Shown here: positions 1 to 8,015 of the stretch, in pieces
Position numbering within the stretch: the first letter of the stretch is position 1
Layout: every line of letters starts with the position of its first letter
From: Promethearchaeum syntrophicum
GTDB taxonomy: Archaea > Asgardarchaeota > Lokiarchaeia > Sigyniarchaeales > Promethearchaeaceae
NCBI RefSeq assembly: GCF_008000775.2
Contig: NZ_CP042905.2
Span: 2,820,001-2,852,000 of the forward strand
Direction: 5' to 3'
DNA length: 32,000 nt
The notes under the pieces: model-generated
The model's database searches: none
Told to the model about the DNA's origin: nothing
Seen by the model: the letters and a program-made list of their open reading frames with translations, nothing else
Position numbers and translations under genes: made by a program

Positions 1-135
1 CATCTCTAAATCGCGAAGCAATCCAAGAGGATTAAATAATCCAGTTAAATGGGTTGGGCAACTTAAATTGCATTGTCCACAGTTTTTGCATGCAGAAATA
101 TATTCATTAATTGCCGAATTGAATGTAGTAAGCAT
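1..135 (-). CDS. Partial 4Fe-4S ferredoxin-domain protein (HdrC/GlpC-like N-terminus), runs off the left edge
   Basis: Minus-strand translation from ATG at 135: MLTTFNSAINEYISACKNCGQCNLSCPTHLTGLFNPLGLLRDLEM, with a CxxCxxCxxxCP cluster motif. The frame is open to the window edge. Not in the supplied ORF track. Confidence 0.7.
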   Translation of the reverse strand, partial: MLTTFNSAINEYISACKNCGQCNLSCPTHLTGLFNPLGLLRDLEM

Positions 136-391
136 TGTGAAATTAAGTAAAATGGGAATACATAAAGGTTATCCTTGCAAAATCACTGAATTAAATTTAT
201 TTCGTAAAATTTTCCCTAATGAAATCAAAAATCTCTATATAATGAATTATAAATAATTATTCCTAATATATGATGAATTTTACTAAAATGAACAAAATTT
301 CACAAAAACAATAAAAAATCCAAAACCTCTTAAAGGAGATTTTCTTAAAAAAAGTTCGACATAAATTCAATCGAAATCATGATGATTTAAC

Positions 392-1078
392 TTGCTAAAT
401 CGAATAGATCTGAAGGGGTTTAAAAAGGTTCAAGATGAATACAGAAAAGATCGCTCTAAATGTAAGAAAACATTGGAAGTTAAAGGAAGATGGAAATTAG
501 ATGTACAATATGGTCCACAATTTGAGATAAAACTGGCCACAGAAAGAGCAGGGATCATTACTGTACAAACTGATGAAACCATCATCCTTGGAGGAGGAGG
601 AACAGCAGTACACCCAGTTCATTATTGTATGGTCGGTTTTTGTGGTTGCTTCTCAGCAGCATTTGCTAAATGGGCAGCAATGGCAGATATAGAATTAAAA
701 AAATTAGACATTAGAATTATTGCAGACATAGATTTAACAACGGGATTTGGAATTGAGGATGGTATTGATGCTGTTAATGATTATAAACTTGAAATATATA
801 TTGAAAGCGATGCAAGTGAAGATGAATTAAATAAAGTTCTGGAGTACACAAAAAAAAGATGTTTTTGTATGTATTGTATCACGACACCAATAGAACCTAA
901 AATTGAGATGATAATAGAAACACCTGAAGAAGAGATAGAAGATGCCGTCTTTATTTGTCCTAATTGTTTCAAGTATACAATGGTATTTTTAGATGATAAC
1001 ACTCAGAAATGTTCGAATTGCAATACTATTGGCTATTTTACTCGACCACCCGAATCAGAAGAATCATCTAAGAAATAA
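392..1078 (+). CDS. OsmC/Ohr-family-like protein with a C-terminal zinc-ribbon-like extension
   Basis: 228 aa from a TTG start. Central HPVHYCMVGFCGCFSAAFAKWAAM resembles the OsmC helix. The C-terminus has CPNCx(n)CSNC. Confidence 0.6.
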   Translation: MLNRIDLKGFKKVQDEYRKDRSKCKKTLEVKGRWKLDVQYGPQFEIKLATERAGIITVQTDETIILGGGGTAVHPVHYCMVGFCGCFSAAFAKWAAMADIELKKLDIRIIADIDLTTGFGIEDGIDAVNDYKLEIYIESDASEDELNKVLEYTKKRCFCMYCITTPIEPKIEMIIETPEEEIEDAVFICPNCFKYTMVFLDDNTQKCSNCNTIGYFTRPPESEESSKK

Positions 1079-1115
1079 AAAAGCACATTAGAAAGGAGCA
1101 TTATAATATCAAGAA

Positions 1116-1334
1116 GTGAAACAAATGAATGAAGAATGGCCTTATGTAACTAATAAAGATCAATACGTTATGGATTTAGAAAAAGATTTAAAGAAAACTA
1201 AGAATCAATTATATCAGACTTTAATAAATGCAAATAAAACAGTTAACGAAATTCAAGAAGTTCAGGAGAAATTGAATCGATGTCAAATTGAAAATGCAAA
1301 ATTAAAGCATCAAATTGAAGATTTATCTAAATAA
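1116..1334 (+). CDS. Small coiled-coil protein
   Basis: 72 aa from a GTG start, with an upstream aaggag-like motif near 1091. Heptad-rich, K/E/Q/N-rich sequence. Confidence 0.55.
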   Translation: MKQMNEEWPYVTNKDQYVMDLEKDLKKTKNQLYQTLINANKTVNEIQEVQEKLNRCQIENAKLKHQIEDLSK

Positions 1335-1368
1335 TTTTAATTGAAAAAAAAGGCATGGTTTAAACCCA

Positions 1369-1920
1369 ATGAATGATACTCAAATAGATTTTATCTTTAA
1401 AATAACAGTAATTGGAGATAGTGGTGTAGGAAAAACATCGTTAATTAAACAATATACTCAGAGTTCATTTGAAAATGATTATATTTCTACAATTGGGGCC
1501 CAATTTTCTATATATAATGAAGAGATAGATGGGGGTAAATTTAAGTTATTTTTATGGGATATCGCTGGTGAAAAGGATTTTAAATTCCTACGCGCTCAGT
1601 TTTATACAAAAAGTAAAGCCGCAATTATTGTTTATTCTCTCGAGGAAAATGATCATGGAAGAAAAAGCTTCAAGCACATAATTGAATGGTATAAGGATAT
1701 TAAAGAATATTGCGGAGAAATTCCCGTTATCATTTTTGCTAATAAAGTTGATTTAATTGATGAAAGAAATTTCGATGATACGGAGGTACAGAAATTAGTT
1801 AAGGAAAATAACTTTTTAGGAATTTATTATACTTCCGCGAAAACTGGTAAGAAGGTAACTGAAGCTTTCCAATACATAATTAAATTTCTTTATAATCAGG
1901 CTAAGAATAAGATTTATTAA
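1369..1920 (+). CDS. Rab/Ras-like small GTPase
   Basis: G1 GDSGVGKTS, G3 WDIAGE, G4 NKVD, G5 TSAK; 183 aa. Confidence 0.93.
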   Translation: MNDTQIDFIFKITVIGDSGVGKTSLIKQYTQSSFENDYISTIGAQFSIYNEEIDGGKFKLFLWDIAGEKDFKFLRAQFYTKSKAAIIVYSLEENDHGRKSFKHIIEWYKDIKEYCGEIPVIIFANKVDLIDERNFDDTEVQKLVKENNFLGIYYTSAKTGKKVTEAFQYIIKFLYNQAKNKIY

Positions 1921-1956
1921 AAAATTTTTACAATAATACAAAGGTTTTGAATTAAA

Positions 1957-2202
1957 TTATCTGAATTGCTTTTTTTTCATCGAGAACAGCAGAATGATTG
2001 CACTTCCTGTTCCTATAATTATGCCGATAATTATTAAATACCATTCTAAATTACTGATTAACCAAAAAAATCTGCCGGAAGTCCCATATCCCATCTCGTA
2101 AGCTATATTTTGTAAATATAATCCTAAAGGGAAAGCTAGACACGACACCAGTATTCCAACACAAAGTCCAATGACGGGAAAAGTCAATTTGCTTTCCATC
2201 AT
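1957..2202 (-). CDS. Small two-TM membrane protein, unknown function
   Basis: 81 aa with two long hydrophobic segments (FPVIGLCVGILVSCLAFPLGLYL; WYLIIIGIIIGTGSAIILLF). Confidence 0.55.
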   Translation of the reverse strand: MMESKLTFPVIGLCVGILVSCLAFPLGLYLQNIAYEMGYGTSGRFFWLISNLEWYLIIIGIIIGTGSAIILLFSMKKKQFR

Positions 2203-2552
2203 TTTGTGTCTCCGTTCTTTTTTTTTTAATTTAAATTATTAACAAAATTAGTAATATTAAAACTATGGGATAAATTTGAGAGATTTAATGAAATAAAAGA
2301 AGGAGATATTCTCAGTTTGCATTTTCGCAATATTTGGGATATAACTATTCTGCAACGCATTTCGCCTTATCTTCAGTGTTCGGGATGGGAACTGGAGTTT
2401 TTCGAAACCTATGACCGAGAATAATTAATCAAATATTAGAAGAAATATAAAATTTACGGATTTCCAAAATACTTCAAGGAAAGTATATAAAATTTACGAA
2501 TTTGGGAGCAAAATCAAGCGATATTTCAAAAAGGAGAATATTAATAATTAAT

Positions 2553-2950
2553 TTATTTATCTGATTTCAAAAATCCTAAAACTGGATTAATACAATAAGC
2601 TTCATCAATTACCCACGAATGCTTCTGCTAATCACAAGTTTAAGTATTAAGTTTATAAATTTTAGTTCTCGGATGATTTACATTATTTAAATGAAGTTCT
2701 GCAAGTTATAGGGGTATATAGAATAATAAATCAGATTTATGTTTAGTGGGTATTTGCAGATACCTGAAAAGCTTCTAAATTTCAATTCTTAACATAGATT
2801 GAAAAGGGGTTGGATTCAGTTCCATTCGAGTTTTATGTTTTGTATTTCTTTTCATCCCCCTACCCCCAGATAAAAAAAAATTAAAGTTATCAAAGTGTTG
2901 GAGGAGTACATATGTACATTCAGTTTCAATACTTGCATCATTGAGAAATC
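2553..2950 (-). pseudogene. Decayed partial copy of the C-terminal half of the 3392..4549 wHTH regulator
   Basis: Minus-strand fragments MELNPTPFQSMLRIE and WVIDEAYCINPVLGFLKSDK* match intact MELNPIPFLSTLKID and WIIDEDFYINQVLGSLKSDLKNN*. Colinear nucleotide blocks are shared (e.g. ttggattcagttccatt.gagtttt, cccccaga, cagtttcaatac / gagtttcaatac). The copy has frameshifts and stops. The upstream boundary is approximate. Confidence 0.85.
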
Positions 2951-3204
2951 AAAATAATCTTGATTAAAATTGGATGATTTTGGGAAATTCCCCTTAATCA
3001 CCATTTTAGGCTAGATACTTGGATAACAAATTTCCTGATACCAAGAACTCTCACGGACTGAATAAAAAATTTTTGGTAGATGATGTAATAAATTATTTAG
3101 AAAAAGCTATGTACAACCATCACAAAGCGATAAAATTGTTAAAATCTAAACAGTTAAATGAGAAAAAAAACAAATGTAATCTAATTACATAAAAGTGATT
3201 AAAT

Positions 3205-3315
3205 ATGAAATTAAAATTCTGGTTAATTTTGGGGATATCGTACTTATTATTGATGATGCCTGTGTTATTAGCTGTTGCTGGGAGAGAAGATGGCGGCGGC
3301 GGAGTAATTGATTAA
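3205..3315 (+). CDS. Short exported glycine-rich peptide (signal peptide plus GREDGGGGVID)
   Basis: ATG-initiated 36-aa ORF: MKLKFWLILGISYLLLMMPVLLAVAGREDGGGGVID*. It has a hydrophobic signal-like N-terminus, a plausible AVA cleavage site, and a tail matching the KDDGGGGVPN repeat of 4675..5082. Below the ORF-track length cut-off. Confidence 0.75.
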   Translation: MKLKFWLILGISYLLLMMPVLLAVAGREDGGGGVID

Positions 3316-3391
3316 TAATTTTTTACCATTTTTTTTCTATAATCTTATCTAACGATTCTTAAGCAGGTTAATTGTAAAAAGGCTAATAATC

Positions 3392-4549
3392 CTAATTATT
3401 TTTCAAATCCGATTTCAAAGATCCCAAAACTTGATTAATGTAAAAATCTTCATCAATTATCCAATTTTGTGTTTTTTCATCCCAAGCATCGGCGTTGAGT
3501 AAGTATGTTTGAGTTCGTGGAGAATCGATATAATTAATGTGAAGTTCTTGAAGTTTTGGACGTAAGTAAAATAATAAATCAGACATTTGTGAAGTTGGTA
3601 AATGTAGGTACCAATATAGCTTATATCCATCAATTTTTAAAGTAGATAAAAAAGGAATTGGATTCAGTTCCATTAGAGTTTTTATTTTTTGTAATTCTTT
3701 TTCTTCTCCATACCCCCAGATGAGAAAAGTATTTAGAATATCAAAATTTATTGGGTTGATTATTGCACGATGAGTTTCAATACATTCTTCTTTAACCAAT
3801 TTTAATCGCCTACTAAAGGTTGGGTCCGAAATTTCCCATCCTCGTGTCTTTAGTTTAGCGATCATATCAGAATTTTTTCTTCTGGCATTCCAGGATAATT
3901 CTCCAATAATTGCAATATCTTGTTTTTTTATCCAATTTTTAGCACTCCCAGGTATTTCCAATTGTTTTATTGAATGGTTAGATGTTATAGGTGCAGTTCT
4001 ATTATTTTTTTCAAACCAGTCTTCCCAACTAAAATTCCAACTTAGATATTCAGAGTCCCATGCATCAATTTTTATCGTTGAATATACTGATGGTACTGAA
4101 TATTGTAAAATTTTAAAATCATCAATTTGTCCAAAATTTTTCATTTTTTGGAATAAAGTTCGGATCAAATTATCAGAACCAATAGGATTTGTTAATTGAA
4201 TAAGCATTCCATTTACATCCCCATAAGTCCTATTGTAGAACACAATATATGGATGTTCATCACCTAATTTCTTGATTATTTGAAGTTTTTTTTCAGAGTC
4301 TGCTTTTACTATGACATCTACACGTTGTAACCCTAAATTATAGAGATGCGGAAGGCTTTTTACTTGAAAATATGGTATAGAATTTGGTGGTCCTTCTAAT
4401 TTCTTCACAATTCCGAACACAACAGATTTAGATAAATCAGTCATAGAAGCTAGTTCATCATATGTTGCTAAAGGTTTCTCTTCAAGAGCAATAAGTACCC
4501 GCTTTTCACGTATAGACAATTGACTGATTTTGCTTTTCTTTTGTTCCAC
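3392..4549 (-). CDS. Winged-HTH transcriptional regulator (Lrp/MarR-like HTH) with duplicated C-terminal domain
   Basis: 385 aa. The N-terminal REKRVLIALEEKPLATYDELASMTDLSKSVVFGIVKKLE fits a wHTH. Two similar C-terminal modules each end in DAWD(S/E)...W. Confidence 0.75.
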   Translation of the reverse strand: MEQKKSKISQLSIREKRVLIALEEKPLATYDELASMTDLSKSVVFGIVKKLEGPPNSIPYFQVKSLPHLYNLGLQRVDVIVKADSEKKLQIIKKLGDEHPYIVFYNRTYGDVNGMLIQLTNPIGSDNLIRTLFQKMKNFGQIDDFKILQYSVPSVYSTIKIDAWDSEYLSWNFSWEDWFEKNNRTAPITSNHSIKQLEIPGSAKNWIKKQDIAIIGELSWNARRKNSDMIAKLKTRGWEISDPTFSRRLKLVKEECIETHRAIINPINFDILNTFLIWGYGEEKELQKIKTLMELNPIPFLSTLKIDGYKLYWYLHLPTSQMSDLLFYLRPKLQELHINYIDSPRTQTYLLNADAWDEKTQNWIIDEDFYINQVLGSLKSDLKNN

Positions 4550-4674
4550 TTTATCTCCCTCTTCCTTGGTTAAAAAATTACCATATTTTGACTTTCAAAA
4601 AAGATAAAAATTTTTTATTAAATTGTTCATGGACATACATATTTTGTTTATGTTTTTAAAACGAAATTTTAACT

Positions 4675-5082
4675 TTAGATTATGAAATTAGGGACGCCGC
4701 CGCCACCGTCATCTTTCGTTACTGATAAATCAATTTGATTTGGGACGCCACCGCCACCATCATCTTTGAATATTAGGTTAATTAAATTTGGAACGCCACC
4801 GCCACCATCATCTTTGATTATTAGGTTAATTAAATTTGGAACGCCACCGCCACCATCATCTTTGAATAATAGGTTAATTAGATTTGGAACGCCACCGCCA
4901 CCATCATCTTTAAATATCAGGAAAATTAGATTATAAGTTCCATTGACCTCTCTATCTTCTTTTATTGAAGTGTTTGTATTGTCAATATTAATTCCATTTA
5001 TTGATACTACCGTTAAAAAGCTAATTGCTGTGACCAGTGACAGCACTAATACGATTTTTGAAATTTTTTTACTTGATCTCAT
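4675..5082 (-). CDS. Exported multi-repeat peptide precursor, 5 x (K)DDGGGGVPN
   Basis: 135 aa. N-terminal MRSSKKISKIVLVLSLVTAISFLTVVSING is signal-like, followed by five copies of KDDGGGGVPN separated by LINL(I/L)(F/I)-type linkers. Confidence 0.85.
   Translation of the reverse strand: MRSSKKISKIVLVLSLVTAISFLTVVSINGINIDNTNTSIKEDREVNGTYNLIFLIFKDDGGGGVPNLINLLFKDDGGGGVPNLINLIIKDDGGGGVPNLINLIFKDDGGGGVPNQIDLSVTKDDGGGGVPNFII
4691..4935 (-). repeat. In-frame tandem repeat, period 48 nt (51 nt for the last protein repeat), 5 units
   Basis: Recurring (g)gg(a/g)acgcc(a/g)ccgccacc(a/g)tcatcttt with starts at about 4692, 4743, 4791, 4839 and 4887, within the precursor gene. Confidence 0.95.
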
Positions 5083-5113
5083 TTTTAATACCTATTTATA
5101 TTGGAAAGGTTTA

Positions 5114-5123
5114 AGTATAAAAA
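5114..5123 (-). promoter_or_regulatory. Candidate archaeal TATA box for the peptide precursor gene
   Basis: Minus-strand tttttatact about 32 nt upstream of the ATG at 5082, consistent with a short-leader or leaderless transcript. Weak evidence in an AT-rich background. Confidence 0.25.
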
Positions 5124-5729
5124 TTTTTTGTCGATTTTTTCATTTTTACATTATTGTATTCTTATGAAATATATGATGAAAAATAGAAAATCTAAAAAAT
5201 TTTATGAATAATTAATTTAAAATATCAAAATAATAATAGAATTAGATAGATTAGAGAAAACTACTAAATTTTATTTTATTATCTCGATGAATTTTCAAGA
5301 TTAAATATGAAGGGAAATTCTCGTCATTTAAAAACAAAAAAAACAAAACAAATATTTAAATATTCTATGAGCGTTTTATCATTTAGTTAAACAAAACGAA
5401 GGTCATTTAAGTGAATACTTGGAAAGAAGAGATTTCTTTAAACTTTGGGTATAATTCCCGATTACACGAAAGAACGGAAGCAATCCAAGAATATCTTAAG
5501 TCAATATTTATTGCCGTTACAGAAATTGCAGTTTAATCGGGATTAAAAATAGTATTTCGACTCATGACAAAAATCGACAAAAAAATTTTTTAAATGGAAA
5601 AGCAAATTTGGGAAATTAATCGGGTTAATTATATCTTCAGCTTCAATTGATAGGAATAATTGGGAACAAGGAAAAGAAATTGTTGTTATTTGAAATAAAA
5701 TATAAGATAAAACGGGGTGTGTATTAAGC

Positions 5730-6035
5730 GTGAATTTAGGATTTAATAGATCAACCTATCATTCAAGAACAATAAGCGTAATTATTCCCAAGCTTGATAA
5801 ATGTTTAAATGATGGAATTTCTTACATGGAAAAGCACAAACCGACAAAGAATACAGTTCGGACAGTTTTTTTATTTGAGAAAAAATTTGACCTTTTCCGG
5901 GCACAAATTGACAATTATAATATATTACCGATAAACACTCAGAATCTTGAAACGAAATATCGACATCTCAAAGAAAAATGGTTATTAGATTATGAAAGAA
6001 GTCTCAAAAAAAGTAAAGAAACTAACGGAAACTAA
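5730..6035 (+). CDS. Hypothetical protein
   Basis: 101-aa open frame with a GTG-type start; no recognised domain. Confidence 0.4.
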   Translation: MNLGFNRSTYHSRTISVIIPKLDKCLNDGISYMEKHKPTKNTVRTVFLFEKKFDLFRAQIDNYNILPINTQNLETKYRHLKEKWLLDYERSLKKSKETNGN

Positions 6036-6204
6036 TAAAAAGATCCTGAAAGATCAACCGCAAAATTCCTTCAGTGCAAAGCAGAAGATTAAAATTGAGA
6101 ACGAAAATCAGGAATTATCACCAATTGCACTTATGAGACATCGAATCGAGGAAATGAACAGAAAGCTATTGGAAAAACGCAATCAAGGAAAAATGCATAA
6201 ATAG
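5992..6204 (+). CDS. Hypothetical small charged protein overlapping the previous ORF
   Basis: 70 aa, ATG start, +1-frame overlap of 44 nt with 5730..6035. Confidence 0.4.
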   Translation: MKEVSKKVKKLTETNKKILKDQPQNSFSAKQKIKIENENQELSPIALMRHRIEEMNRKLLEKRNQGKMHK

Positions 6205-6242
6205 CAGAAAAAAATTAGAGATTAACAAGATTTGGTCTAGGG

Positions 6243-6548
6243 TTACCATTGATATTTTTTCAAATTTACCTTAAAATCATTGATAAATTCAATACCCTCC
6301 ATTTCAAGTAATTCCTTTTGGGTGTTTTTACCATCTTCAGATTTCATAGCGATTATGCCTTTGGAGTTTATAACGCGATGCCAAGGAAGATCATATTTTT
6401 GGGAAGATGAATGTAAGATCCAAGATACTTGTCTTGCACTCCTTGGATTTCCAGCGAGAACTGCGATATTACCGTAGGTAGTAACCTTTCCTTTTGGAAT
6501 TTGTTTGATAATTTTAATAACACTATTCGTAAAATCAGATATTGGCAC
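6243..6548 (-). CDS. Alkyltransferase-like (ATL) protein, MGMT-family DNA-binding domain with Trp in place of the active-site Cys
   Basis: 101 aa: IPKGKVTTYGNIAVLAGNPRSARQVSWIL...LPWHRVINSKGII, i.e. PWHRV instead of PCHRV. Confidence 0.9.
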   Translation of the reverse strand: MPISDFTNSVIKIIKQIPKGKVTTYGNIAVLAGNPRSARQVSWILHSSSQKYDLPWHRVINSKGIIAMKSEDGKNTQKELLEMEGIEFINDFKVNLKKYQW

Positions 6549-6634
6549 GAGAATTCTAATTAAATTTTAGTTAAATATTTAATGGGAAAAATGATATGGA
6601 AAAAAAAAAAAGAAAATAGATTCTTGATTCGTTT

Positions 6635-7885
6635 CTATAACAAATTCATCATTTTTTTCAAATTTCCACTCATAATGAGTTTCATAACACCACGAGAACC
6701 ACCGATAACTTCTTGAATATTGGATGCTCCCGTTAAACGTGCGAGTCGAGTATTATCAGTCACAGAGACACCACCCATTAGTTGTTGCGTTTCATAAGCA
6801 CATTCTGCAGCCAGTTTTGCACATAAGAATTTAATTTGGCCAGACCATTGAGCGCTTGCTTTATGAATTTCCTTTGGAACATTTTCGGCTTTTAATACTT
6901 TCTCATCATAGATTTCTGCTATTTTAAATGCTGCCATTGTGGCTGACGAAACACGATAAAGTAAATCTGCGAAAGGATAGGAAACTGCTTGATATTTCAT
7001 AATCGGTTTACCGAATTGATTTCTCATATTAGAATAAATTATCCCATTAATTAAGGCACCCCAGCATATACCAAGATTGGCACCAGTAATGACTAAACGT
7101 TCGGGAACAAGACCATCAAATAAATATCGATATCCCTTTCCAGGTTGTCCTAAAATATATTCTTTAGGAACTTTTGCTGCGTTATAATAGGTTTTTCCAA
7201 TATGCACTCTGTTTACAACATTAATATTTAATCTTTCAGTTGTAATTCCCCAATCTCTTTTTAATATAGCTTGGACCATGGTTCCTCTAGGGTCTCCATT
7301 ATCAACGCAAGCATATCCTAAGAAATAATCCGCTTTTGGGCCATTGGTAGTAAAGATTTTAGTTCCCGTAAATTTATATCCATCCTCAACCACATCAGCA
7401 TGGCATTCCATATTTACTGTGTCTGTTCCATGATTTTCTTCAGTCATGGCAATACAACCAATTTTATTACCCGACCATAGATCATCTTGAACTTTTTGAA
7501 TCTCAGGGGTTGTTCCATGTTGGAATGTAGGATTTCCACATAAAATGCTTGATGCTGTCCTAGCGAGTTCCATTTCAGGATCCATCATACCGTTATTAAT
7601 TGCTAAAAGCATTTCATATTTACAACCTGCATCTGTAAATTCTTTCCATGGATTGAGTCTTTGCATAAATCCTCGTTTTCCATAATGTGGAAATAGTTCA
7701 TATACATCTTTGGCAAAATCAATTTTTGGTTCAAGGTCAATACAAAACTCCTGTATTTCTCTAACAAACGCTTTTTCTTTATCACTTAGAAGTAAATCAA
7801 GCTGCGAGTTAAGGATTTTATATGTATTTGCAAGACTTAATTTTTCTTCAATTTCTGGGGGAATAATTTTTACTTTTTCATTCAT
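6635..7885 (-). CDS. Acyl-CoA dehydrogenase family protein
   Basis: Motifs CIAMTEENHGTDT, YKFTGTKIFTTNG, NQFGKPIMKYQAV, AYETQQLMGGVSV, NIQEVIGGSRGV. The start is placed at the internal Met (MNEKVK); the track ORF extends to 7924. Confidence 0.88.
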   Translation of the reverse strand: MNEKVKIIPPEIEEKLSLANTYKILNSQLDLLLSDKEKAFVREIQEFCIDLEPKIDFAKDVYELFPHYGKRGFMQRLNPWKEFTDAGCKYEMLLAINNGMMDPEMELARTASSILCGNPTFQHGTTPEIQKVQDDLWSGNKIGCIAMTEENHGTDTVNMECHADVVEDGYKFTGTKIFTTNGPKADYFLGYACVDNGDPRGTMVQAILKRDWGITTERLNINVVNRVHIGKTYYNAAKVPKEYILGQPGKGYRYLFDGLVPERLVITGANLGICWGALINGIIYSNMRNQFGKPIMKYQAVSYPFADLLYRVSSATMAAFKIAEIYDEKVLKAENVPKEIHKASAQWSGQIKFLCAKLAAECAYETQQLMGGVSVTDNTRLARLTGASNIQEVIGGSRGVMKLIMSGNLKKMMNLL

Positions 7886-8015
7886 TTTAAATAAACTCCA
7901 TAAAGATGCCTCAAAAAAAGGCAATATGTCAATTTTTGATTGTTTATTAATAAATATTTTTTAATGATTAATTGGAAATAAGTAGGAAAGAAATTGAAAA
8001 AAAGAAATTTAATAC

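Noticed and set aside
68-256. Plus-strand 62-aa ORF
   Set aside because: Antisense to the Cys-rich ferredoxin-domain frame on the minus strand (1..135), which is far more convincing.
600-615. GGGG run in the OsmC-like protein (ILGGGGTAV) as another member of the GGGG-peptide family
   Set aside because: Lacks the flanking (K/R)(D/E)D and V(P/I)(N/D) residues and lies inside a folded domain.
781-1002. Minus-strand 73-aa ORF inside the OsmC-like gene
   Set aside because: Antisense shadow ORF of a supported CDS.
4691-4935. Repeat array considered as a CRISPR or regulatory array
   Set aside because: Units are contiguous 48-nt in-frame multiples within an ORF, with no unique spacers and no cas genes.
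4943-5167. Plus-strand 74-aa ORF opposite the signal peptide region of the repeat precursor
   Set aside because: Antisense to a frame with clear signal peptide and repeat structure; its own sequence has no recognisable features.
5400-5730. Possible decayed gene fragments (e.g. NTWKEEISLNFGYNSRLHERTEAIQEYLKSIFIAVTEIAV*)
   Set aside because: Short open stretch with no recognisable motif or similarity to neighbours; not enough to call a pseudogene.
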